Source of the DNA: Chiloscyllium plagiosum
Lineage: Eukaryota
NCBI RefSeq assembly: GCF_004010195.1
Contig: NC_057719.1
Location: 74,115,657 to 74,178,591, forward strand
Direction of reading: 5' to 3'
Length of the DNA: 62,935 bases
Positions 12,830-25,754 of the stretch are shown here, one piece after another (the stretch's first letter is position 1; the number at the start of each line of letters is the position of its first letter). The position numbers and the translations under genes are program-made. The notes beneath the pieces were generated by a model. That model did no database searches, was not told the DNA's origin, and saw only the letters and a list, made by a program, of their open reading frames with translations.

Positions 12830-13170
12830 ATAATGTCACGCGATGAATAATCCAGGTTCTGGGGATGAGAGTTCAAATCCTACCCTGGCAGCTGGTGGTA
12901 TATAAACTGACATAATAAAATCTGGAATTGAAAGCTAGTCTCAGTTTTATTGCAGGCACAGTTACTATCATCAATAGTTGTTAAAACTGCTTCACTTGTG
13001 TCTTTTTGGGGAAGAATCCTGCTTCCTGACCCCTCTGACTCCAGACACGATGCGATGTAATTGACTCTTGGCTTGGTTCTGGAATGGCCTAACAAGCCAC
13101 TCTGTTCAAGACATGGGCAACAACTGCTGGCCTTGTCAGCAGTGCCCACATCCCTGGAAAACATTCATTT
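12830..13170 (+). mobile_element. Second-family tRNA-derived SINE, degenerate
   Basis: GTTCAAATCC B-box. The tail TGGGCAACAACTGCTGGCCTTGTCAGCAGTGCCCACATCCC resembles the 3' end of the LINE ending at ~28402. Confidence 0.65.
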
Positions 13171-13590
13171 TAAATAGTTGAAGTTTGTATCCAATATGGA
13201 ATGCTTTGATTTCCAGATTTAGTTAAGACTGTTTACGGTGTGATGGTGTTCGTTTCTGTGCAGATCAGTGATGAAGGAAAAGTTTGGAACTTGTGGTAAC
13301 TGGGAATTGAGACAAGGCAACCAGATATCACAGCTGGATTAGTTGTCTATTGATGGCCTGGCCAATAAGGTTTTGTTAGGCTGCCTGTTTCCTCTTGAAT
13401 CCCTTCTGCTTTTCCCTATTTCTCACCGTCTTCTTGATCACAGCTCTAGGAGATAGTCCACACCATCAGGGTGGTAGGATTGTCCAGCATTAATCAGACC
13501 ACCACACATCCAGACACATGTTGTGCTGAGCACGATGGACAAAAGAAACACTGTTAAGTCGGTGATCTGCTTTCAGACATTCAGGCATAA

Positions 13591-15231
13591 AGTCATAGAG
13601 ATGTACAGCATGGAAACAGACCCTTCAGTCCACCCGTCCATGCCGACCAGATATCCCAACCCAATCTAGTCCCACCTGCCAGCACCCAGCCCATATCCCT
13701 CTAAACCCTTCCTATTCATATACCCATCTAAATGCGTCTTAAATATTGCAATTGTACCAGCCTCCACCACACCCTCTGGCAGTTCATTCCATACACGTAC
13801 CACCCTCTGCGTGAAAAAGTTGCCCCTTAGGTCTCTTTTATATCTTTCCCCTCTCACCCTAAACCTATGCCCTCTAGATCTGGACTCGCCAACCCCAGGG
13901 AAAAGACTTTGCCTATTTATCCTATCCATGTTACTCATAATTTTGTAAACCTCTATTAGGTTACCCCTCAGACTCCGCGCTCCAGGGAAAACAGTCCCAA
14001 CCTGTTCGGTCTCTCCCTGTAGCTCAGATCCTCCAACCCTGGCAACATCCTTGTAAATCTTTTCTGAACCCTTTCAAGTTTCACAACATCTTTCCGATAG
14101 GTAGGAGACCAAAATTGCATGCAATATTCCAACAGTGGCCTAACCAACGTCCTGTACAGCCGCAACATGACTTCCCAACTCCTGTACTCAATACTCTAAC
14201 CAATAAAGGCAAGCATACCAAACGCCGCCTTCTCTAACCTATCTACCTGCCACTCCACTTTCAAGGAGCTATGAACCTGCACTCCAAGGTCTCTTTGTTC
14301 AGCAACACTCCCTAGGACCTTACCATTAAGTGTATAAGTCCTGCTAAGATTTGCTTTCCCAAAATGCAGCACCNNNNNNNNNNNNNNNNNNNNNNNNNNN
14401 NNNNNNNNNNNNNNNNNNNNNNNNNNNNNNNNNNNNNNNNNNNNNNNNNNNNNNNNNNNNNNNNNNNNNNNNNNNNNNNNNNNNNNNNNAACGCCTTACT
14501 GAAGTCCATATAGATCACATCTACCGCTCTGTCCTCTTCAATCTTCTTTGTTACTTCTTCAAAAAACTCCATCAAGTTTGTGAGATATGATTTCCCACGC
14601 ACAAAGTCATGTTGACTATCCTTAATCAGTCCTTCCTTTCCAAATACATGTAAATCCTGTCCCTCAGGATTCCCTCCAACAACCTGCCCACCACCGAGGT
14701 CAGGCTCACTGGTCTATAGTGCCTGGCTTGTCCTTACCACCCTTCTTAAACAATGGCACCACGTTTGCCAACCTCCAGTCTTCCGGCACCTCACCGATGA
14801 CTATCGATGATACAAATATCTCAGCAAGAGGCCCAGCAATCACTTCTCTAACTTCCCACAGAGTTCTCAGGTACACCTGATCAGGTCCTGGGGATTTACC
14901 CATCTTTAACCGTTTCAAGACATCCAGCACTTCATCCTCGGTAATCTGGACATTTTGCAAGATGTCACCATCTATTTCCCTACAGCCTATATCTTCCATA
15001 TCCTTTTCCACAGTAAATAATGATGCAAAATATTTATTTAGTATCTCCCCCATTTTCTGTGGCTCCACAGAAAGGCTGCCTTGCTGATCTCTGAGGGGCC
15101 CTATTCTCTCCCAGTTACCCTTTTGTCCTTAATATATTTGGAAAACCCCTTTGGATTCTCCTTAATTCTATTTGCCAAAGCTATCTCATGTCCCCGTTTT
15201 GCCCTCCTGATTTCCCTCTTAAATATACTCC
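13591..15231 (-). mobile_element. CR1 LINE ORF2/3' end spanning an assembly gap
   Basis: ORFs with [48 protein letters not shown] and FFTQRVVRVWNELP. Confidence 0.93.
14374..14489. other. Assembly gap
   Basis: Run of N. Confidence 1.
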
Positions 15232-16269
15232 TTTCATTTTTTAAAATTTTATTAAACCATACACAGTTTACAAAACAGCTAACGTTAACAGCTGTATACA
15301 GAGAAACAGTAATTTTACAAGGGAGAGGAGCGGCAAAGCCAGGCCCCAAACCTTATCGTTCAACCAGTTTTCAGGAAATAAAGACAAACCTCAAATCCCG
15401 CATTCCATTGTCACAAAACAGTAACAGATACATATAAGACAGTGCAATTACATTTTTAAAAAAGTGCATAGAATACAGACTCCCTCCTCCAGCAACCCAG
15501 TAAACCGCCCGTCCCTCCCACCTTTCAGCCACTTCAAGGCAGCCCCCCCCATGCCCGTTCTGGTACCCGGTCCACCCTGACACACCTTCCGACCACTTTA
15601 GGACAGTCGTCCTGTTTCCCCAACTCCACCCCCATCCAGACGACCACAGTCAGGATGGTGTACCCAATCGCCCTTCACACTTTCCGGCCACCTCTAGGAC
15701 AGCCCGCTCCAGTACTTACCCAGGGTGATAGCGCTGATGACAGTCTACTCACCTTCCAGCTCTTGGTCTGTCCCTATGTACTATCTGACTTCTGCTTTCA
15801 TTATATGCATGATGCCTCCATGTCATCAGTGAATCCCCCTCATCAACCAATAACCATCCTTCAGTTTACCAAATTGGCTCAAATGCACAGGTGAACTGTT
15901 TTAGAATAACTGAGATGATGAATACTGAGCACTAATCTGCATGTCTCACTGTATCAAGTTATGGCTGGAAATCAAAGGAGTTCAATCCCCTTTTAAGTTG
16001 CTTTAAGATTGAAGGAGCAGCATTAACTGGAGCATTGAGCTCAAAATGCCAGCTTGGCATCCAGTCAGGGCTGGGAGCTGATCAAAATCATATTCTGCGT
16101 TCTTCCAGTTAAAGCTGACTGCATGTGCTAACAGCCGCACCAACTGGAAAGCAGTGCAACACCGCCCCCCCACCCTCCCCCCTCCCCCATGCACTCTGTG
16201 GCATCTAAGGTCAATGTAGCTCAGAGATAACTAGCTTTGCTCACCTGAATTTTGAGCCATTCAACTAGG

Positions 16270-17517
16270 CCGGTTTTGTGAAGAGTAGGTTGAGCCTCAC
16301 CAAACTAATTGAATTATTTGAGAAGGTGACCAAACAGGTGGATGGAGGTAAAGTGGATGGAGGTAAAGCGGTTGATGTGGTGACTATGGATTTCAGTTAG
16401 GCAGTAAGTAAGGATATGGTTCACCACGGTAGGCTACTGCACAAAATACAGAAGCATGGGATTGAGGGTGCTTTAGCAGTTTGGATCAGAAATTAGTTAG
16501 CTGAAAGAAGACAAGACGATGATGGTTGAGGGGAAATATTCATCCTGGAGTTCAGTTACTAGTGATGTACCACAAGGATCTGTTTTGGGGCCACTGCTGT
16601 TTGTCAATTTTATAAATGACCTGGATGAGTAGAAGGATGGGTTAGTAAATTTGCAGATGACACTAGGGTTGGTAGAGTTGTGGATATCGCCAAAGGATGT
16701 TGCAGGTTACAGAAGGACATAAGCTACAGAGCTGGGCTTAGAGGTGGCAAATGGAGTTTCATGCAGAAAAGTGTGAGGCGATTCACTTTGGAAGGAGCAA
16801 CAGGAATGCAGAGTACTGGGTTAATGGTAGCGTAAATGAACAGAGAGATCTTGGTGTCTATGTGCATAGATCCCTGAAAGTTGCCACCAAGGTTGATAGG
16901 GTTTTAAGAAGGCAGATGATGTGTAAGCTTTTATTGGTAGAGAGATTGAGTTTCGGAGCCATGAGGTCATGCTGCAGCTGTACAAAACTCTGGTGCGACC
17001 GCACTTGGAATATTGCGTACAGTTCTGGTCACCGCATTATAGGAAGGATGTGGAAGCTTAGGAAAGGGTTCAGAGGAGATTTACCAGGATGTTGCCTGGT
17101 ACGGAGGAAAGGCCTTACAAGGAAAGGCTGCAGGACTTGAGGCTGTTTTCATCAGACAGGAAAGTTAAGAGGTAACTTAATTGAGACATATAAGATAAGG
17201 AGGGTTAGATAGGTTGGACAGTGAGAGCCTTTTTCCTCGGATGGCGATGACTAGCATGAGGGGACATAGCTTTAAGTTGAGGGGTGATAGATATAGATCA
17301 GATGTCAGAGATAGTTTCTTTACTTAGAGTAGTAGGGGTGTGGAGCAGCCTGCCTGCAACAGTAGTAGATTCGCCAACTTTAAGGGCATTTAAATGGTCA
17401 CTGGATAGACATATGGATGAAAATGGAAAAGTGTAGGTTAGATGGGCTTCAGATTGGTTTCACAGGTTGGCGCAACATCGAAGGGCCTGTACTGTGCTGT
17501 AATGTTCCATGTTCTAT
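16270..17517 (+). mobile_element. CR1 LINE RT/3' end, degenerate
   Basis: [28 protein letters not shown] and RDLGVYVHRSLK motifs, and a TGTTCTAT tail. Confidence 0.9.
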
Positions 17518-19538
17518 AGGCTGACACTACACAGATGGATGTTCACACTTGGAGGGGAGATAATAAGCTGAGCTTGCAAATGTAGATCAATGTGAAAACC
17601 TCGTGGTGTCCAGATCAATGTTTTTCCTTTGACCAACTTAATTAAAACAAAATTCACATTTAGTTCTTACTTAATTACTATTTCATTGGCAAAATGGGTT
17701 ATGGAGAGAGTGTTGGAAAAGAAGAATTAAAGTAGATGATCAGCCATAATGTATTGAGTTGCAGAGCAGGTTGGAAGGGCTGAATGGTCTACCTCTCTTT
17801 GTGGGAGTTTGTAAGCAAATTAGGTGCTGTGTGTCTGACTTTGCAGGAGGGACTACAATTAATTGAATATCAAGCACTTTGAGGTATCTTGAGTTGTGAA
17901 ACATTTTATATAAATACCAATTTTTGTTTTATCGCTGAAAAACATTGTTAGCCTTGATGCTGCTGTCTGCAGAACAGTCATCTCTCTCAGCACTGTGACC
18001 GTACAAAGAGAAAATGAAGAATGTGATAGCGAAATTGAATTGAACATGTAATCCGGTTCCTTCACAGTGATTGCTTCACATAGACCAGTAGTCTTGGTGC
18101 ATTACTGGCCTTGTAATGCCAGTGTGTTCTTGCAGGAGTGTCATCTTATATTCTTTAATTTAATCATTTCATTAATTGCTGGCTGCCTGTTAGAGTCTAA
18201 AAAAGTAAACAGGTCATTTTATTTGAGTACTGTTAGAAAGCGTTTTGCATTGAATACAGTGCCATTCAATAACTTCATGTCAGAAAACACTGCAATTCTT
18301 GTCGGATTTTTCTGGAAGGCATAGTCGCTAGAATTCAAATTCAAATGGATTTAAGATGCAAATCTTCCAAAGAATGTATGTTCCATAAATTAGAGAAATC
18401 TGGAGTCGTCTGCTGTACTTTTTCACAATTGCACTAAGACTTCTCTACACAGTATTAGTTCCACATGGCCAGTGAAATAGGCTCTTATTGCTGCTTCAGT
18501 TAATTAAATAAGTGAAGTAGTTGTCAAAATTGGATTAGCGTGACATAATATTATGCTTTTCTTAAAATAACTGATCCAATTTTGCCTTAAGCATATTGTT
18601 TAAAATTATTTGCAATGCAATTAAAACCAATAGATGGAAAAGTGTCAGTGGCATTTTTCATTACCTTGACTTATGACTCATCATTTCAGATAGCACTAGA
18701 TCTAGTTATCAGGACTTGCTATTATATTATGTATAACCAACTCCACTGCAATGCTTGAAAGTCAATTAATTGAAATAACAATCAACAAAGTAGTTAGGTT
18801 TGAACACTTCCCTTCCTGTTCTACGAATTGGACTTGAATCCTGTCCAAAGCCTTGGGATGAAAGCCTTCTCCTTCTGATTTGTGTACATGAGATTGAATT
18901 ATTGTGCTTGATGGAGGCACAAATAAACAATGCAAATCTGCCCAAAACCTGGCAGAAGTTGACTGTTTCACTCTGATAACCCAAAACAATGCTTGGAGAA
19001 TAGAAGTTGTCTTAATGATGTGGGACAAAAGCATGTGGTAACAATAGATCTCGTTTTCACTGCTGCCAAGCAGTGCATCATTCCATGACCTCTACCTTCC
19101 CTCAAGACCTAGGTCTCTGAGTTACCCCTCTCATTAAACTTTGTGTCCAATTTTATCTGTTTACGGTCTTCTAAAGCACTTTTGGTTATTCTCCAACATG
19201 AAAGGTGTAAGATAAATACAAAGTTATTTTTACAAACAGGGCACTGGCAGCTCTTGGGTAAAAAGGTGGAAATGATTCTTATTTTTCGACCCTCAAGTCT
19301 ACACCTTAACCAACACAAAAATGGAAGAGGGACTAGTTTATTTTCAGTTGTACAAAGCATGACAATCACAAAATTGTAGAAGATGTATATGTTACTGGGA
19401 CATTGTTTTTATTATAATCGCTGGGTTTCCTTGATCCAGATGAATTAAATGTATATTGAACTGTATTTGAAATGATATGTGATAGATCAGTAGTATATTG
19501 GATTCAACTTCTTACATTGTTCCTCTCCTTTTACTCAG

Positions 19539-19781
19539 ATGTCACATGGGATTGTTCCAACGAACGCTGCCCAATACAATTTGAATCTCTTTGCCCTGAG
19601 GATTCAGTACTTGTTAAAGGATACACCCCACCAGGCCAGTGCTGCCCAACACCAAGTGTCTGCCAGTGTAACAAAATGGCCTGCAAAGAGGAGAGCTGTC
19701 CCTTCGCTCACCAACGTGTTCTAGTTTCTGAAGCAACAGGATTACCAGGAGAGTGTTGTGATGTATACGAGTGCAGACCAG
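19539..19781 (+). CDS. CRIM1: CRIM1-like coding exon (CRIM1 exon 3 equivalent), Cys-rich module
   Basis: Acceptor tcctctccttttactcag, donor G|gtattg, 243 nt, phase 1-1. Encodes VTWDCSNERCPIQFESLCPEDSVLVKGYTPPGQCCPTPSVCQCNKMACKEESCPFAHQRVLVSEATGLPGECCDVYECRP, matching the CRIM1 motifs CPEDSVL..GY.PPG.CCP and PGECCD.YEC. Confidence 0.93.
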
Positions 19782-19974
19782 GTATTGTTTTCAAAATATT
19801 TAGCTCTTGTGCATTGTATGTTAATGCCATTAAAATGTGATAATGGTAATTTATAGAAAAGTAACAATCCATTGAAGTAAAGCAATGACACTTATTTAAG
19901 AGGACCTCATCGTATAGCATGAGCATTTAAAAGGCATCTTGGTGGGTATGTGAATAGAAAGGGAGGGTTTAGAT

Positions 19975-20158
19975 TAGATTGGTGCTGGAAAAGCACAGCA
20001 GGTCAGGCAGCATCCAAGGAGCAGGAAAATCGATGTTTCAGGCAAAATCCCTTTATCAGGAATCCTGCTCCTCGGATGCTGCCTGACCTGCTGTGCTTTT
20101 CCAGCACCACTCTGATCTAAACTCTGGTTTCCATCATCTGCAGTCCTCCCTCTTGCCT
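19975..20158. mobile_element. Short palindromic Penelope-derived insertion inside a CR1 3' fragment (~19920-20295)
   Basis: Inverted arms GGTGCTGGAAAAGCACAGCAGGTCAGGCAGCATCC / GGATGCTGCCTGACCTGCTGTGCTTTTCCAGCACC, with a degenerate minus-strand hammerhead motif between them. Confidence 0.8.
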
Positions 20159-22980
20159 ATATGGATAGGAAGGGTTTAGAGGGATATGGGCCAAGTGCTG
20201 GCAAATGGGTTTGGATTAGGTTAGGATATCTGGTCGGCATTGACAAGTTGTACCGAAGGGTCTGTTTCCATGCTGTACATCTCTATGACTCTACCCTATT
20301 TTCCACTTGTGCTGCACTGCTGGCTTATTTAAAAATACCAAAGGAGGATAATGCCATCCAACCCTTCGAGGTTCACTGACTCACACTAACTCTTTCAACT
20401 CAGAACCTTATTGGAGCTTGAATTGCTTAGTGCTTGCCTTGGCTAATAAGTGACAGGAGATATAGGATGTCATTCGTCTTAAATTCATGTTCTTCCACCT
20501 CTGGGTATACAGATACACCCTGATACACTTAATGTTTCTAGCATTTTCAGTTTTTATTTCAGGTTCCCAGGATTTGCAATAAGCTGTTTTGATTTTATCT
20601 TTGATATGTTTTATATATCCCTACTGTTCTTTAGTCGCAGTTGTCATTACAACAACATAATGGAAGATCCAAAAGCATTGGTGGAATACTGAAAACTCAC
20701 TGCACCAAGTTGGCTAATTCATTAAGCCAGTTTACCGGCAATATAAGTCATTGGTGTGGATGTTGGAGTGAGTTGTCGAAAGCTGTTTTAAAATGGTAGC
20801 TCTGATTTCATCTAGAACCATGTCAGACTAGAGAAGATTCATTGTTGCTATTATTAGATCAAAGCTCAGTTGAGTGCAAAAGGATAATGTTATATTCAAC
20901 ACCATTTTTACATAGCCCATCTGAGTGCAGTGGCTGTCAGTTGAGCAGTGTACATTTAAAACAGATAAATAGTTGTACTGATATCCAGTGCCATTATTGT
21001 TAATGACAAAATTGCCTGCTGACTGCATATTTAGGGAGGCATGTCATTTCAAAACAAAACAAGCATTCAGTATTTAGTTCCCACCTTACTGAGGTGTCCT
21101 TAGTAAGTTATATGACAGTAACTCAATGAAAGACTTTTGATGATGTTTATCATCTTCCAACTTTACCAAGCTGCAGTGAAGTTCAAGTATGTTTGCTGCT
21201 ACTATTGTTTCCACTAGTTATTTGCAGCTAATTACCATGAAAAGGAAATTAGGTCAAATGAGCAATACAGGTTAAATCAGCATTTGTCATTTAAATGGAA
21301 AGTAACATGACAATACAAATCGCTTAACAGAATTTGTTTTGTCCACATCAAGGCTTAATTGGCATCAAAAAATGTTGATCATGTAAATCATCAAATGGGC
21401 AAAATATTAAATAAATACAGAGGACTATGCAACACTTTTTAACAATGCACTTTGATTGTGGTTACGTGGATATATTGAAATATTGTGAAATAAATGCAGA
21501 AAACACAAATCCAAACAAATGGAAAATTGAGCAGAGGTTGAACTTTTATAAGAGCATTAGAAGAGGCAAACAAAATTGGAAAGCTGCCATGCTAGAGTGG
21601 AGCTCCTGAGTCACACTGAGTGATGTTTAACACCAGGTTGACCACCACATGCAAACAGTCATCTTGCAAGACAAAAGATTGCCATCGATATAACATGGCC
21701 GTAACGACATGTAAATGCAGTGTTTCCTTATCTTTCAAATGCGCTTGAACAAGAGACACAAGTACACATTTGATAAATGACAAGTTAACATCCAATGGCA
21801 TTTCTTTACATGTATGATTCTTTGCTGGGAAGGTTCTTTGGAGGTGCTTAAACAGTTATTTTCATTTGAATTGCAACAAAGAAACATGAATGTGAAAGAG
21901 AATTTCCCTCTCCCAACAATGAGCTCCAGTTCTGCATCGTAAGTGTCATTGTCAAACTTCTGTCATGGATGAACAGAAGTTCAGGACGTTGCTTGTAGTT
22001 AAAGGTCTTTATATACTTACAGCATCCATCAGAGCAGACTTTCTAGCTCTCCGTGTCCTTGTCCTCATGTTGCCTCTGCCACATCCGTGCACTCCAAGGA
22101 CAAGTGTGATTTGCCTGCACCTGTTGTCCACAGATTTTCACCCTGCTCCGTTTTCAGGACGCTTTCATCTGAAGCACGTAGTAGCGTAATAAAGCTACCC
22201 AAAAGAAGAAAACATACAAATCTGTTTCCTGATCCATGGGTGGTGAGTGTTGGCTTGATGGAACTTGAAGAATAAAAGCCTTTTGACAGGCCCAAACGTG
22301 TGAATACTTAAATGGCTTCCAACTTCTGGACAATACTTGAAATTTTGTTCTCATCTCTGTGTTTCAGCATTTATAAACTGCCGGTGGCAATTATTATTCT
22401 TTACTAGCCTCAATATCCAACTTGTTCAGAAAAGGCAGGAAACGTTTGAAAGATGGCCAAGATGGGCCACGTGTCTTCCTTTCCACAAGGCACAGCAACC
22501 CATACCCACAGAGTGAGGGGAAGGTGCTTCCTTTGACTGACATACGAGTTGGACCTCTTCCTTCCGAAGAAAGTTGCGGCAGCAGAATTTCATCAATACA
22601 GGTACCTGAATTGACCATTAAAAGGTTCTTCAGGTGTACGCTCACATCATGCTTAATATAGTACAACATGAAAGAAGACTGTACATGCCACTCTGTCTCC
22701 TGTTCCTTCCCTTTGTCCAATGCTCATTTATACATTGTCTATCAGTAATACCTTTCAGTTTTATTAGAGGTCATACAGTCAAAACAGCATGTTTGTTCTC
22801 CTCTGTCGTTACCTGCACTTTTCCAGTCATTTTAGTTTTGCTTCCAGATATTCACCGTTTGCATTATTTTCCTTTGCCATTCTCCAGGTTGGGTTTGACA
22901 AAGCAGCGAATGCAAGACTGTCTTCTGTGCTAAGGCATCTATGCAGCACCGGAATAGCACATCATAGCATTCTGATTATC

Positions 22981-23320
22981 ATAGAATCCCTCGGTTTTGA
23001 AGCAGGCTATTCGACCCATCAAATCCACACCGACCCTCCAAAGAGCATCCACCCAGACCCATTCCCCTACTGAAACTCTGCATTCCCATGGCCAATCCAC
23101 CTAAACTGCACATCCCTGAACACTACGGGCAATTTAGCTTGGCCAATCCAGCTAACCTGCACACCTTTGGACTGTGGGAGGAAACCAGAGCACCCGGAGG
23201 AAACCCACACAGAGACCGGGAGGATGTGTAAGCTCCACACAGACAGCTGGATAAGGCCGAAATAGAATCCGGTTCCTTGGTGCTGTGAGGCATCTGTGCT
23301 AACCACTGAGCCACTGTGCT
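22981..23320 (-). mobile_element. HE1-like V-SINE
   Basis: Reverse-complement V-domain and head (GTGCTAACCACTGAGCCAC). Confidence 0.88.
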
Positions 23321-24293
23321 GTCTGGAACAGGGGCAGATTTTTGGTAGCCTGAATCTTGACTCTGTTTAATGGTGGGATGTTGCAGTTGAAGCAACACCT
23401 GAACCTCACCATCCGTCAGAAAAGGGATTAGATGCAATTTCTGATGAAAGATCGCCAATCAGAAATGCTAACGCTGTTTCTTTCCGTGGAATACCTGCTG
23501 AGCATTTCCAGCAGTTTGTGTTTCTATTTTGGAGTTTCAGCATTCAGTGTTTTGCCCTTGAACAAGATGCTGGGTGGCTAAACCATTTGTGGACTGACTA
23601 TACAAGCACTTAAAGTTCCTTTTGCTTTCATTTCACCTGTTGCTCCTTGTCTCTTAATTGCCTTGCAAGACGTTCAGTTCAGGAGTAATTAGGGATGGGT
23701 AACAGAATGTGACACTCACATTCCACAAAAGAATAAAGAAAAGAAAATGCACTTGACTTTTCAAACAAGGTTAGCACAAATTCTAAACCATTTCCATCTG
23801 GTTTAAATCAACTCCAGTGCCTTTTGAAGTAGCTAAAACCAAAAATATAAGGATTTTTTAAAATAATTCATGTGCTTTACAAAAATTGACAAATTTTCTT
23901 GACTTTATTTATGTGTTACCAAGGAATTATGTGATGTTTGATACAATTTCAAGCTTGCATGCTGTGATATGATCCATCAGGGCATCCATTGGATTATAGG
24001 ATATTGTGTTCTACCAGGAGGTCAACTGAACCTTTAGTCAGCATTGAATTCAGTTTTATTAGAGTGAGGCAATCTTAGTTGGATTCAGTACAGAAACATG
24101 ATACCAAGTTCTCTGCATCATCTAGAAGCCAGCTTGACTTTTAGATAAAAGTCAGTTTACTGGGTTGTGTTGAAGACTTTGTGGCAAAGTCATAGTAGGG
24201 TCCCTACCTCCCAGCAAGAAGCAACAGGTTTTGAGTCCCATGCTGGGTCTTGTTGGCCATTAAACACGGCCAGGCGAAAGTGAGGCCTCATTC

Positions 24294-24323
24294 CTGATGA
24301 AGAGCTTTTGCCCGAAACGTCGA
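24294..24323 (+). ncRNA. Minimal hammerhead ribozyme-like motif in a Penelope-derived fragment (~24270-24380)
   Basis: CTGATGA-AGAGCTTTTGCCC-GAAACGTCGA: both conserved core boxes are intact and the short helix III is palindromic. Sense to the host pre-mRNA. Confidence 0.6.
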
Positions 24324-24910
24324 TTTTTCCTGCTCCTTGGATGCTGCCTGACCTGCTTTTCCAGCACCACTCTAATCTAGGCTCTTGTAACATGGCTAAG
24401 CAGGTTTTTTTTGTCAGTTTGTAAAAGTGCTTTCAATATTACCAATGGCAAGTAATGAGAGTAGGAGGCCTCCTCGTCAGCCATCCCACAGAGGCCAGTG
24501 TCAAACCACTGTAAGGCTTTGCTCAGAAGCATAAACCAATCCAATTGAACTCCATGGCCCAAACCTCAAATGAGGAGATGTGATGGACAATTCAGTTGAT
24601 ATGATAATAAAAACTCCAGCCTATAGTGCAGTATAAGCACATTAAAACTGGACAAATGGAAGCTAAAATTCTAAAAATATGAAGGTAAAGTGAATTTTTG
24701 ATGTTGCTTGCAAAACTTCAGTCTCCAATTTCTCAATTGAATCGGACATAGGTTTTCTTATTCCTGCCAAGAATGGGTTAAGTCATTAATAAGGCCATAC
24801 AGCATCATTTAATCCAGTTCAATTTATGGTGTAGCCTTTATAATGTACAAGAATTAAAGTTGCACCTACATTTAATTCCTCTGATTAATGAGCGAGTACA
24901 CTGTTACATT

Positions 24911-25215
24911 GATTAGATTACTTAGTGTGGAAACAGGCCCTTCAGCCCAACAAGTCCATACCGACCCTCCGAAGAGTAACCCACCCAGACCCATTCCCCT
25001 ACATTTACCCCTTCACCTAACTCTACGGGCAATTTAGCATGACCAATTCACCTAACCTGCACATCTTTGGAATGTGGGAGGAAACCGGAGCACCCGGAGT
25101 AAACACACACAGACATGGGGAGAATGTGCAAACTCCACACAGACAGTTGCCTGAGGTGGGAATTGAACGCGAGTCTCTGGCGCTATGAGGCAGCAGTGCT
25201 AACCACTGTGCCGTG
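24911..25215 (-). mobile_element. HE1-like V-SINE
   Basis: (GATTA)n tail, V-domain and head on the minus strand. Confidence 0.9.
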
Positions 25216-25354
25216 TATACAGATTAAAAGTTAAGAATCTACTGATGACCATGAAACTACATCATTTTCCAAATGACGACAATGTCCTGGCTCTATAATG
25301 TCCTTCAGGGAAGGAAATCTGCCATCCTCACCTGGTCTGGCCTACATATGTCTC

Positions 25355-25750
25355 AACTAGCCATCAGGGTACATGAACACCACTAGCTACCAAGAGACAT
25401 GATCAACTATCACTTGTGTCCATACACACGGGCAAACAAGGACACCAATTTGACTAGGACAATGTATCCATCCTAGGACATGCCAAACCAAGATATGCAC
25501 GAGAATTCCTGGAGGCCTAGCACTCAACCCAGAACTCCATTAACAAACATGTAGAGTTAGACCACATATACCAACCATGAAGAAACAAAACCAGAAATAA
25601 TACCACCCATCTCAACAAACCGGGATATACAAATAGCAAGCAGGACAGAACAGCAACGCTTCACCAGAAGCTCACTGATAATGTTACCTACCATGGTGAC
25701 CGAACATCTGCGAACAGACTTACCAACTCAGCAAAGAAGTCAACAACCTC
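25355..25750 (+). mobile_element. Penelope-like element 3' fragment (GIY-YIG endonuclease C-terminus plus pLTR)
   Basis: Translates LAIRVHEH/LATKRHDQLSLVSIHTGKQGHQFD*DNVSILGHAKPRYAREFLEA*HSTQNSINKHVELDHIYQP, followed by a decayed CTGATAA..stem..CGAACATC motif. Confidence 0.82.
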
Positions 25751-25754
25751 ATAT

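Noticed and set aside
19472..19538. Apparent signal peptide (WIQLLTLFLSFYS) before the Cys-rich exon
   Set aside because: It is the translated polypyrimidine tract of the acceptor; the exon length and phase fit an internal exon.
22023..22189. Candidate CRIM1 exon 4 after the acceptor-like TTACAG
   Set aside because: The phase-1 frame (ASIRADFLALRVLVLMLP..) lacks the CP.DS..GCC Cys pattern.
22065..22295. P-loop NTPase from TTGAGKS
   Set aside because: It lacks the first Gly and the preceding hydrophobic strand of a Walker A motif, and the ORF stops soon afterwards.
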